26,158 nt of DNA from Promethearchaeota archaeon (GCA_048938445.1 JBHLME010000059.1:1-26158), one strand, 5' to 3'. Positions 8,142 through 17,458 are shown, counted from the stretch's first letter. Notes: a model not told the origin generated them from the sequence alone. Numbers and translations: made by a program.

Positions 8142-10130
8142 ATGAAAAAAGAAACAAAATATAATCCTAATGACGTGAAACTCCTTTTAAAACCTCTAGG
8201 TCACCTACAAATTTTTTATCCTTTTGTAAAAAACTCAACTGGTTTAATAGATCGCCTTTTAAAGCTTACTTTTAATAATTTTCGAAGATTCATCAAGCCT
8301 ATAACACAATTATTTGGTTTTAATCCCGAGAATGAAGTGATACGTTTAAAAGAGCATCTTCTTGAAGTTGAGGATGGAGGAAAATTAGCCACAGATGTTT
8401 ATCTACCAAAGCAAATATATGAAAAAAGGGGGAAAGGACCAACTATCTTGATTCGCTTGCCATATTGGAAAGACCTTTGCTGCATAATGGGTTACTTGTT
8501 TGCATCAAAAGGATATGTTACTATTGTTCAAGATGTCAGAGGTTCTGCCCATTCCATAAAATATGGCACTAATTCGATTTTTTCAAGTGAAAGAATGGAT
8601 GGTTTAGCAACTTTACGATGGATTTCTAATAGATTCTGGTATAATAAGAAAGTTGGAATGTGGGGATTATCATATCTTGGCCTCACGCAATTAGCAGTTT
8701 CATGGGATAATGATGGCTTAGTCACTTGCTTGAATCCTGCTCAATGCAGTTATACTAACATATTTTGGCATCCTAAAGGGCTTTATCCCATTGGAAAATC
8801 TGGTTCTATTTATTTATTGATGAAGATGATATCACAATATGAAAACATGCCTGCCTTTAGTTATAATAAATATGATAAGAGCGGGCATGCTAATTTATTA
8901 TATTTTGATCCAAAAACTGCTTTATATAATGAAAAAATGGGAATTAGAAGCAAGAACTTGTCATACTTAGCAGAAATAGGTAAGGTAAAGTACATGATTA
9001 AAGCTATGAGCAGTTTATATAATTTAAAATTAATAATGAGCAAGCAAAGTGAAGATGGCTCTTTTCAAAAACTTGTTGATCGTGTATTTTATGAAAGAGA
9101 CATGAAACATGATCATGAATTAGCACCGTATGCTTTTGGTTTTAATTATAAACCTGAAACTCCCATGTTAATGCTCCAAAGTTGGTATGACATGTTTGTT
9201 GAAGAATTCATGAGAGATTTAAAATTAATCCAGCAGAACGCTCCTGAATTTGTTAAAAATAACTTGAAACTGATAATAGGACCTTGGGCACATGGAAACA
9301 TGGCTAAATTAATAAGTTTGAAAGAAGATTTCATTTTTTTACGGAAAATTTTCCCATTCTGGTGGTTTGAACACTGGTTAAAGAATGATAGTTCAAAAGA
9401 ATTAAAAATTCCTCCCATCCAACTTTTCGTGTTAAATAAAAAAATCTGGCGGAATTTTAATCAATGGCCACCTAAATGTGAGGAGTTAAGGTTCTATTTA
9501 CATTCTAATGGTAAAGCTAATTCAAGATTAGGAGACGGAGTTCTTTCTGAAAAAAAACCTTTAAATGAATCTCCCGATAATTATGAATTCGATCCATTAA
9601 ATCCCTTGGTAATGATTGGGGGGCGGAATCTTTTCTTGAAAAGTGGTCCTCGAAATCATTTGAGAAATGAGAATAGAAATGATATTCTTACATATACAAC
9701 GGAAAAATTGAAAGAAGGAATAGAAATCATTGGTGAAATCAAAGTTAAATTTTATGCATCATCTTCAGCTAAAGATACGGATTTCATGGTAAAGTTATTA
9801 GATGTGTCGCCAAGTGGTAGAAAAGTAATTAATGTCGTGGATTCTGGCGTGAGAGCAAGATATAGAGAAGGGAATTTAAATGAGCCAAGCCTCATAGAAC
9901 CTGGAAAAATATATGAATATGAAATTTTAATTGGTTCCACTGCAATCTATTTTCCCAAAAAACACAGAATACGGTTGGAGATCTCATCGAGCTATTTCCC
10001 TAGATATGATATAAATTCGAATCTTGGGGGAGAAAAAAATGAAAAGGGATATACAATTGCCAAGCAAGTCATTTATCATGATGATAAGCACCCTTCTTGC
10101 TTGATTTTACCTAAATATAATTTAAATTAA
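8142..10130 (+). CDS. CocE/NonD family alpha/beta hydrolase (peptidase S15-like)
   Basis: DGGKLATDVYLP, RLPY (oxyanion Tyr), QDVRG, nucleophile GLSYLG, WYD (acid), GPWAHG (His), and C-terminal jelly-roll motifs DTDFMVKL and HRIRLEISSSYFPRY. Confidence 0.93.
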   Translation: MKKETKYNPNDVKLLLKPLGHLQIFYPFVKNSTGLIDRLLKLTFNNFRRFIKPITQLFGFNPENEVIRLKEHLLEVEDGGKLATDVYLPKQIYEKRGKGPTILIRLPYWKDLCCIMGYLFASKGYVTIVQDVRGSAHSIKYGTNSIFSSERMDGLATLRWISNRFWYNKKVGMWGLSYLGLTQLAVSWDNDGLVTCLNPAQCSYTNIFWHPKGLYPIGKSGSIYLLMKMISQYENMPAFSYNKYDKSGHANLLYFDPKTALYNEKMGIRSKNLSYLAEIGKVKYMIKAMSSLYNLKLIMSKQSEDGSFQKLVDRVFYERDMKHDHELAPYAFGFNYKPETPMLMLQSWYDMFVEEFMRDLKLIQQNAPEFVKNNLKLIIGPWAHGNMAKLISLKEDFIFLRKIFPFWWFEHWLKNDSSKELKIPPIQLFVLNKKIWRNFNQWPPKCEELRFYLHSNGKANSRLGDGVLSEKKPLNESPDNYEFDPLNPLVMIGGRNLFLKSGPRNHLRNENRNDILTYTTEKLKEGIEIIGEIKVKFYASSSAKDTDFMVKLLDVSPSGRKVINVVDSGVRARYREGNLNEPSLIEPGKIYEYEILIGSTAIYFPKKHRIRLEISSSYFPRYDINSNLGGEKNEKGYTIAKQVIYHDDKHPSCLILPKYNLN

Positions 10131-10192
10131 ACCCAATTTTTTCATTACTTTTTATAAATAAATAGTATATTATTATTTTGTTTTGATTAAAA

Positions 10193-10205
10193 AAAGTTTT
10201 TAATA
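10193..10205 (+). promoter_or_regulatory. Putative BRE/TATA promoter for a leaderless transcript
   Basis: AAAGTTTTTAATA ends about 25 nt before ATG 10231, the usual archaeal spacing. A similar motif occurs at 3390 and 7956. Confidence 0.4.
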
Positions 10206-10230
10206 TTATTTTTATACAAGATATTTAGTA

Positions 10231-11049
10231 ATGAATAGTGAAGATTTCTGGAAAACAGTAAAACAATATAATGTTTTAATGAAAGAAGCTATTGATGGGC
10301 CAAATTGTATAGATGAAAATATTTGTCATGGGGATTGTTGTTCAATAAAAATAGATGTGCCTAAAATTTTAGCTATTGAATATATCAAGAGAAATAATGC
10401 AACACCTAATGATTTTATTAGGAGCAATGTCTTTAGCTTTCATTTGCGTTTCGATGAAAAAACAGGCAAGTGTTTTTTATTTGATCAAAAAATCAATGGA
10501 TGTTCTGTCCATAATTCGGGAATAAAGCCACCACAATGCTGGATTTATCCTACAAATTTTTCAAATCCAGAGAATAGAGATATAAAATGTAAAAAAATCT
10601 CTGGATGGAAGATAATTGATGATAAAAAAGCTAAGACTGCAGAAAAATTATTAAGAGAATATATTGATTTTAGCATGAATGAAGCTATTGGTGAATTAAA
10701 TAAGATAAGTGAACGAATTAATGAAAATAATTTAAAAATGCAAATAATTGATATCGCTCCAAGTAAGATAGGAGGTTTTAAAGACACATGGGACCAGATT
10801 AAAATATTACCTGCCGATGGATACTCCTTACAAATGAAAAAGTTTTGCAATAAGTATAATGAACAATGTGAAATCCTTCAAGATAATTTCATAGAATGCA
10901 AGAAGACATGTGATATAATTGCGTCAAAATTGATTGATTTCCTTAATAAATATTTAATTAAATATGTAAAAGAGAATGAACTGGATATAGATGGAGATTA
11001 TCCACTGTTTAAATTATTTAGTTTCACCAATGAGTCTATTCAATTTTAA
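10231..11049 (+). CDS. YkgJ-family cysteine-cluster (Fe-S/Zn) protein
   Basis: CIDENICHGDCC...CFLFD...CSVH...KPPQCWIYP pattern, plus extra C-terminal cysteines. Confidence 0.8.
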   Translation: MNSEDFWKTVKQYNVLMKEAIDGPNCIDENICHGDCCSIKIDVPKILAIEYIKRNNATPNDFIRSNVFSFHLRFDEKTGKCFLFDQKINGCSVHNSGIKPPQCWIYPTNFSNPENRDIKCKKISGWKIIDDKKAKTAEKLLREYIDFSMNEAIGELNKISERINENNLKMQIIDIAPSKIGGFKDTWDQIKILPADGYSLQMKKFCNKYNEQCEILQDNFIECKKTCDIIASKLIDFLNKYLIKYVKENELDIDGDYPLFKLFSFTNESIQF

Positions 11050-11218
11050 ATTATTATTAAAGGTTGTTAATTGTTTTATCTTCTCTAAATTATAAGTATG
11101 AAATAAAACCATATTATTAGGATATTACATATATTCAAGTAATACATGAGCTATGATTTAGATAATATTTATATAGTGAAAAAAGAGTATATTTTACAAA
11201 TAAGATAATCGTGTTTTC

Positions 11219-11590
11219 ATGTCGCTATATGATAAAGATTTAAAAGACCTAACTAAGATGGTGTTCTCTCAAAAATATGAAGTTCTTGACAGTCCTAAAA
11301 AGGTTAAAGGCAAGTCGGGAAAATACTGGTACTTCGATGCATTTGTAAAGAATGAGGAATCATTATTTGGAATATTCATTCGGGATTGGAAGAGAGAAAT
11401 ATCAATAACACAATTAAGGCAATTACATAAAGCTTGCATTGATTCCGAAGAAGTTGACGGAGGTATAATGATTTGTAATATAGTAACTGATTTTTCTCGA
11501 GATTATTCAGAGCAATTTGGCATCCAACTCTTATCACGTGGTTATCTTATCTCAAAACTACGGTCAAAAAATTTTAGCACGTCTTTTTAA
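11219..11590 (+). CDS. Small Mrr_cat-like PD-(D/E)XK restriction-endonuclease-fold protein, probably inactive
   Basis: KVKGKSGKYWYFDAFV...IFIRDWKREIS...GGIMI...FS...GIQLLS matches the Mrr_cat layout, but the ExK position reads FIR. Confidence 0.6.
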   Translation: MSLYDKDLKDLTKMVFSQKYEVLDSPKKVKGKSGKYWYFDAFVKNEESLFGIFIRDWKREISITQLRQLHKACIDSEEVDGGIMICNIVTDFSRDYSEQFGIQLLSRGYLISKLRSKNFSTSF

Positions 11591-11619
11591 TGACTGTCGT
11601 ACCTTTCTATTTTTACCAT

Positions 11620-12714
11620 TTAAAACGGTACTCCTAAGATAATGAGACAAATAATTGCTACTAAACCACATATGAGTGGATTTAAATAATTATCACATAA
11701 TTGTATTTTCTTACTGGTAACAAGATCAATTAGAGTTACTACAATAGATAAAACAATTCCAAGAATTATTAATATATCTATTGACCAAATTGAAGGATCC
11801 GAAAAATGAAAAACATTAGAAAAGAGACCCCCAAATAGGACACTCAGGAAGGTGAATAGAAAGCCCCCTATATAACCTTCAATAGATTTATGGCTTCCTT
11901 TTGGAAAGTAATGTATGAATTTCTTTTTTGTAGCAAATATTCCAAAAATAGAAGCCATACCATCACCTATTGATGTAATCAATGCGATTATTAGAAAAAA
12001 TGGAAATTCCAATAATAAAAACGGAGCAAAACCAAATACCATTATAGAAGTACTTGCAAATGTATCTAACTCGTCAGGTGTTAATCCTTTAGAAAATAAT
12101 TCTCCTGCAAGCGGAGGCATGTAAGAAAAATCAAATAATCGTATGAGATCCCCTAATAAAAACGTAAGTGCAAAATCCATTCCAAGGATGACAATGAAAA
12201 ACAATGCATAATTTTGCCATTTATCTGAAAATATTGGAATGAATTGTAAAATTGCAAATATCACGATGAGTCCACCAATTACCCCAAATGGTAATATATG
12301 AGTTATTTTTCTTTTTAACACTAATTTATATTCCCTTTCCAACCTTTCACAGAACACATCATAATTATTCACATCTTCTAGCAGTTCTGGATGTTTTATT
12401 GTTCGATATTTCGCTGAGAGCCCCCATACGCAAATTCCCAGCATTACTACAACAATTCCAATTATACCTAAAATTGATAACTCATCCCTAAGTGTAGGGT
12501 AAACGATTCCAGGCAAATTACCTCCAAATTTTAAAGTAAAAAGGGGATAATAAAGACCTAAGGAGATAAGTAAAAGACATGTAACAATTTCATTAATTTT
12601 TTTATATATATCTTTATTTTCTTTTTTCCACGTTCTCACTATGTGGATCATCATCACAATACTCAAAATAAAGCACATTATCATTACTGGTAAATCTAAC
12701 AATGAAATAGTCAT
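11620..12714 (-). CDS. CTP-dependent polyprenol/phytol/dolichol or diacylglycerol kinase family (SEC59/DGK1/VTE5-like) membrane protein
   Basis: RKITHI, GDGMASIFG, KSIEG and the terminal DN motif, with many TM helices. Confidence 0.85.
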   Translation of the reverse strand: MTISLLDLPVMIMCFILSIVMMIHIVRTWKKENKDIYKKINEIVTCLLLISLGLYYPLFTLKFGGNLPGIVYPTLRDELSILGIIGIVVVMLGICVWGLSAKYRTIKHPELLEDVNNYDVFCERLEREYKLVLKRKITHILPFGVIGGLIVIFAILQFIPIFSDKWQNYALFFIVILGMDFALTFLLGDLIRLFDFSYMPPLAGELFSKGLTPDELDTFASTSIMVFGFAPFLLLEFPFFLIIALITSIGDGMASIFGIFATKKKFIHYFPKGSHKSIEGYIGGFLFTFLSVLFGGLFSNVFHFSDPSIWSIDILIILGIVLSIVVTLIDLVTSKKIQLCDNYLNPLICGLVAIICLIILGVPF

Positions 12715-12864
12715 GATATCATAGTAAATTTTTTTTATTATATTAAGTTACCTTATATTTCCATTGATAATAAGCAAATAATAATATTGAATGAAGATTC
12801 AATAATCTTTAACATACGTTATATGTATTAAAATTAGTAGTAAAATTTGAACAAGAATGAAAAA

Positions 12865-15714
12865 TCATTTAGCCTCAGGTAAGATAATGATAAAATTAGA
12901 GTCCTTTACCATGAATTCTCCATTTAAGCTCGATATAATTTGATCTACGAATGTTAAACCCAATAACATTCCTCGAGATTGTTTAACCATACCTTCTCTT
13001 TCTTTTTGAACTTGATGCGTGTCAATAGTTTTATCAGAAAATTCAATTCTCAAATATTCATCATTATTTTTATGCTCTCGAGAAATTAAAATGTATATTT
13101 CAATTGTGGGATTTATATTATACTCGATCACATTGATTAGAACATTATCAAAAACATCTAACAAAATTTCATTTGCCCTGATATAGAATTTCTTATTTGG
13201 GGGGAAAATTTTTATATCAATATCTTTATCTTGAAAACCAGACTGTATGCTTTTTATGGCTTTATCCAACAATAAATTAACTTCTATTCTTTCTAAAGAA
13301 AGTTGTGCATCTTCAATTAATGCTAGCTTTCTAACATTAGAGACTAACTTAGAGCCACTGATACTATGATCTCGGATAAGATCTAGAATGTCAGTTGCTT
13401 CTTTTTTCTTTTTAGTTTTTTCATCCAGTTTAAATGATTGTATTGATGATTGAATTCTCTTGAATATATTTTTTACGTCCTGAGCAAATAATTCCTTGTA
13501 AAAATTCGCCCTATCATAGAGTCTATGATATTGTTGTTGACTCTCCCTTAATGCATTTTCAGCTTCCTTTTGTTTGGTAACGTCTTGAATTATTATTTGA
13601 ATGTATTTTTCTTCAGATATTTGAACTTGAGAAGATTGGATATTTGCCCAAATCGATGTCCCATCCTTTTTATTTAACATTGCATCTAGTATTGTATATG
13701 TTTCTCCTCCACTTTTTTTCGCATCCTTTAAACCCTCAATGAGCATTAATAAATACTTTGGATGGATTAAGGCAAGTTGATCAAATCTGCTATAAATGAG
13801 TTCTTCCCTTCTATAACCTAATAATTGTTCTATAGCAGGATTACAATCCACTACTAATCCCTTTGAATTGACCAATATTATTGAAAAAGGAGAATTACTA
13901 AATAGATGGCGATATTTATTTTCTGAATTCTTGAGTTTTATCTCTGCTAGTTTCCTCTCAGTAACATCTCTCATTATACATTGAATTAAATTTTGACCTC
14001 CCATTTGAATTTCACTTGCATTAATTTCAACAGGAGTTCCTTTACCTCTAGGATTTTTAATTTTTAACTCCAGTGGAGGTGCATATTCCAATTCAAGTTG
14101 ATGATATAATTTTTGAGTGAAATCATTTTTTTCTCCTTCGAGTTGAAGTTGAGAAACATGCATTCCAATAATATCTTCAGGAGGTCTCTGTATGATTTTT
14201 TCTGCTTGATTATTAGCATCAACTATAATACCAGATTTGCGATCAATGATAAGAATCGCATCTCGAGCAGTCATAAATAATGATTGATAACGCATTTCAG
14301 CGATTCTTAAAGCTTTTACAGTCGGTTCAACAACCTTCAATTTTTTTAAAATTTCTTCATGGATTGCTTCAAGTTGGTTATGAACACTTTCATCATCCTT
14401 ATATTTCGTAAGTATTTCTGTAAATTTCTCAAAAATAAAACTATTGAATTGATCAATAATTGCTCTCGGAAATTTTTCATGAAAAAAGATTACTAGTGAA
14501 AGAGGTAAAAACCCCCCCCGTACTGATTCATCTTCTACAACATCAAAATATATAGCTGCTTTTGCTCTTAGGTGAGTAAAAGGTAAAATAACTGAAATTC
14601 TTTTAAATTCTTTACCTCCAAAAACAAATTGGGAAATTGAAAAACATCTAATTGCTAAAACATCGGGTTCTTCAAAAGCATCTTTAGGATAGACAGCAAT
14701 GATATTTGGTCCCGTGCTTTCATCCCATCGAGAGAGGATTATCCCTAATTCTGTTTTAGGAGGAGGATATAATCTCTCCCCTAATCTTTCAGAAAACCAG
14801 AAAAAAGCTTTATCAACATTTTTATTAGTTAAGGCACTCGTTAAAAAACATTTAAGTGGTCTATTAGATAATTTTTCAACTTCCATCTCATTTTTTAAAT
14901 CGTTAATATCAAGTTCAATAAGGTCCATCTTATTAAAAAGTACAAGTAAAGGCAAACCCTCCATTTCTGGCATTTCTACGATATTATGCAAAATCTTACG
15001 CGCATCATAATATTGCTTTTTATCATATATATCTAATACAAATACTAAACCATCTTGGTTTTTTAAATAAGGGGTCCATAAATCCCTATATTTTACCTGA
15101 CCTGGTGTGTCGTAAGCATACATTGAGATGTTGTTAATCACGATTTTAGATATGTCAATATAGGTTGTAGGAAGTGTTCTATTTGACATTTCTTTTCTTA
15201 TGCTATTCATTATAGTTGTTTTTCCTGCTTGAGAAAGTCCAAATACAAGTATTTTTGCATCCTTACGTTCATACATCACGCTTTCCTTTGGTATCGTTTT
15301 ATAAAAAGAGTCAAATAAATTCTTGACTTCCTGTAGTTTATCTTCAGCATCAGCATATTCAAGACGATCAACAAGAAATGCTTTGTAGGAATCCTCAATT
15401 GCTTGAAATTCACTAACAAATCCTTCTAAAAGTTCTTTAGACATCTCAAGATTAATATCACTATCCATGTCAACAACAATTGAAATGAGAAGCGTTTCGA
15501 CTTTTCCCCTCCCTCTTTCGCTTGGAATGTTAAAAATATAATTGGCACTTTTAAAATCACCGAATACATGCATGAAATATCCTTCCGAATACAAGTCCAT
15601 CAATGAAGGAATTTGATCAAATTCTTCTTTATTTGAGGTTTCTGGGGCCATCATAAAGATTAAAGGACCAAATTTAGCATTAAAATGCGAGAGGAGCAGT
15701 ACTTTCATTTTCAA
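12865..15714 (-). CDS. Multidomain signalling protein: longin/uDENN-like, Arf-like small GTPase, longin/uDENN-like, PAS, PAS, degenerate HisKA/HATPase
   Basis: GTPase motifs: G1 GLSQAGKTT (aa 159-167), G2 PT, G3 DTPGQ, RDLWTPY, G4 NKMD, G5 TSA. Two F/W-x4-GP-x-I-x4-P domains. Two PAS/PAC units ending RDVTERK and QDVTKQK. HK-like tail with a degenerate H-box and G-boxes. Start is TTG 15714 or ATG 15708. Confidence 0.85.
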   Translation of the reverse strand: MKMKVLLLSHFNAKFGPLIFMMAPETSNKEEFDQIPSLMDLYSEGYFMHVFGDFKSANYIFNIPSERGRGKVETLLISIVVDMDSDINLEMSKELLEGFVSEFQAIEDSYKAFLVDRLEYADAEDKLQEVKNLFDSFYKTIPKESVMYERKDAKILVFGLSQAGKTTIMNSIRKEMSNRTLPTTYIDISKIVINNISMYAYDTPGQVKYRDLWTPYLKNQDGLVFVLDIYDKKQYYDARKILHNIVEMPEMEGLPLLVLFNKMDLIELDINDLKNEMEVEKLSNRPLKCFLTSALTNKNVDKAFFWFSERLGERLYPPPKTELGIILSRWDESTGPNIIAVYPKDAFEEPDVLAIRCFSISQFVFGGKEFKRISVILPFTHLRAKAAIYFDVVEDESVRGGFLPLSLVIFFHEKFPRAIIDQFNSFIFEKFTEILTKYKDDESVHNQLEAIHEEILKKLKVVEPTVKALRIAEMRYQSLFMTARDAILIIDRKSGIIVDANNQAEKIIQRPPEDIIGMHVSQLQLEGEKNDFTQKLYHQLELEYAPPLELKIKNPRGKGTPVEINASEIQMGGQNLIQCIMRDVTERKLAEIKLKNSENKYRHLFSNSPFSIILVNSKGLVVDCNPAIEQLLGYRREELIYSRFDQLALIHPKYLLMLIEGLKDAKKSGGETYTILDAMLNKKDGTSIWANIQSSQVQISEEKYIQIIIQDVTKQKEAENALRESQQQYHRLYDRANFYKELFAQDVKNIFKRIQSSIQSFKLDEKTKKKKEATDILDLIRDHSISGSKLVSNVRKLALIEDAQLSLERIEVNLLLDKAIKSIQSGFQDKDIDIKIFPPNKKFYIRANEILLDVFDNVLINVIEYNINPTIEIYILISREHKNNDEYLRIEFSDKTIDTHQVQKEREGMVKQSRGMLLGLTFVDQIISSLNGEFMVKDSNFIIILPEAK

Positions 15715-15764
15715 TAATCACTTGAAATAAAAATAAGGAAAAAGCTATTTAAATTTATGTTAAC

Positions 15765-16334
15765 TTATTTTTTCACATATTCACGGCCAATATTCCAAGC
15801 TTTCCCAATTTCTTCTCCTACATTCCAATAACTTTTTTGACCAGTAGCGTATATAAGAGGTTTAATTTTACCAATATCAAGAATTCCATTTGTTAAATAT
15901 TTTTTATCAGAATAAGCTTGTATAACTTGTCCAATGAATATCTCATGCTCTTCTTCTAATTCTATTGTTTTTATAACTTTACACTCCATATTTACTGCTG
16001 CTTCTTGTATCATTGGCGCCGTCTCAAGTTCTCCATAAAAAACATCGAATAAGTCAGATTTATCCAAATCTTTACCAGATCTAATTCCAATGAAATCGGT
16101 GACTTCTACTAATTCTTCTGATGGGATGTTAATACTAAATGTTTGGTTTTTTCTAATACCTTTATTAGTATGGTGTTTTTTACTTGTTGAGATCAACAAT
16201 ATTGGAGGTTTATTTTCAACGACACTACACCATGCAACAGTCATAAAATTGGCTTTATCACCTACTTTTGCTCCAATAATTACTACAGGTAAAGGAAACA
16301 GGTACGTTCCTGGTTGAATTTTATTTTTTTTCAT
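15765..16334 (-). CDS. Flavin reductase / flavoredoxin family FMN-binding protein
   Basis: PLPVVIIG, NFMTVAW, PP, FSINIP, G-x-SG-x3-DK, APMIQE...MECKV, HEIFIGQV. Confidence 0.93.
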   Translation of the reverse strand: MKKNKIQPGTYLFPLPVVIIGAKVGDKANFMTVAWCSVVENKPPILLISTSKKHHTNKGIRKNQTFSINIPSEELVEVTDFIGIRSGKDLDKSDLFDVFYGELETAPMIQEAAVNMECKVIKTIELEEEHEIFIGQVIQAYSDKKYLTNGILDIGKIKPLIYATGQKSYWNVGEEIGKAWNIGREYVKK

Positions 16335-16366
16335 ATTAATTTCTCAAATGTTTTGAGAATTAATAT
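16333..16366. promoter_or_regulatory. Inverted repeat (15-bp arms, 1-nt bulge) at the flavin-reductase start; putative operator or RNA hairpin
   Basis: ATATTAAT(T)TCTCAAA-tgt-TTTGAGAATTAATAT. Confidence 0.45.
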
Positions 16367-16424
16367 TGAAAATTCTTATTTTAAATTTACTTCATTTTAA
16401 AAAGAGTGTTAATTATAGTCTTTT

Positions 16425-16688
16425 CTATTCGATTTCATTATTAGAATCTTCTTCGGTGAGATGCAAGTCCTTATATATCATAATTGTTTTAACAAATGTT
16501 AACTCTCCTGATATTAGATCTTTTTCATAAATTTTAAGGGTGCCTTCTTCTTCTTCGGGTAATTTATTTCTAAATATCTCTATTAATTCATCAATATTCG
16601 TCATATTTTTTGGTTCGATTGACAATCTTTTTCTAATCTTTCCCTCGAAAACCCCTTTATGTGTAACGTATCTTTTTTCTTTTCTCAT
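16425..16688 (-). CDS. Small hypothetical protein
   Basis: 87-88 aa ORF filling the gap between co-oriented genes, with genome-typical K/E-rich composition and no recognised motif. Confidence 0.6.
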   Translation of the reverse strand: MRKEKRYVTHKGVFEGKIRKRLSIEPKNMTNIDELIEIFRNKLPEEEEGTLKIYEKDLISGELTFVKTIMIYKDLHLTEEDSNNEIE

Positions 16689-16768
16689 CAATTTTTAGTA
16701 TACTCTAACACGATATAGATTAATGATAAAAAAAAAGGTATTTAATTCTATCTGATTAAATAAATAAA

Positions 16769-17458
16769 TTAAATAATCCCACTGAGTAATACTCCTTGAA
16801 TAATTAAATATTGACCTAATATGTAGGTAATCATTATATAAACCCTAACATGAGGGATCTTTGCTTCACTAAAATTATCATAAGCAATTAAAGCATCCGA
16901 GATAATGAAGAGAATTGAACCGATATACACAAATAAAAAACATGGACAATATAGTGGAAAATTAGTCACTCTTAAGATAGCTGAGATATGCATGAACAAA
17001 ATGACCCCCATATAAACATAAACGGGAATTTTCATATCCCCGAGACCATCTTTAATTTTTGGTAATAGTACAATGATAATAATTATCACCGGTATGATCA
17101 AAAATGGACCTGATATGAGAAATAACATAAAATTGATACCTAAAGAAGATAGAAAGTAAATAATGTAAAACACGTGTCCAATCAAGAATGAAAGCATCCC
17201 AACGAGGAAATATTTCTCTTTTTCTCTAAACATTAAGAATGTATCACCTGCACAACCCCCTATTAACGCTGCGACGATTAACCAATTAAAAATATTTAAT
17301 GAAAGTGCTCCAAAAGTAAAGAACAGCGCTAACAATGGCATTAGTAAGGGTTTAGTTATTAAAATAATTTTTTTATTTTCTTTATAGACAGCCACAACAT
17401 GAATTACTGAATCAATTATGAATAATATTAAAAATATTAAAAACAGATATTCAATCAT
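16769..17458 (-). CDS. YhhN/TMEM86 family lysoplasmalogenase-like membrane protein
   Basis: TKPLLMP, GDTFL, FLIGHVFYI, PVYVYM, LFIISDALIA, TYILGQYLI. Confidence 0.9.
   Translation of the reverse strand: MIEYLFLIFLILFIIDSVIHVVAVYKENKKIILITKPLLMPLLALFFTFGALSLNIFNWLIVAALIGGCAGDTFLMFREKEKYFLVGMLSFLIGHVFYIIYFLSSLGINFMLFLISGPFLIIPVIIIIIVLLPKIKDGLGDMKIPVYVYMGVILFMHISAILRVTNFPLYCPCFLFVYIGSILFIISDALIAYDNFSEAKIPHVRVYIMITYILGQYLIIQGVLLSGII

Noticed and set aside
12865-13500. Active sensor histidine kinase call
   Set aside because: The phospho-acceptor His and the DxGxG/GxG boxes are absent, so it is treated as a pseudokinase.
14512-14519. C8 homopolymer as a phase-variation tract
   Set aside because: It encodes the in-frame R-G-G loop of the second longin-like domain, and a single sequence gives no evidence of length variation.
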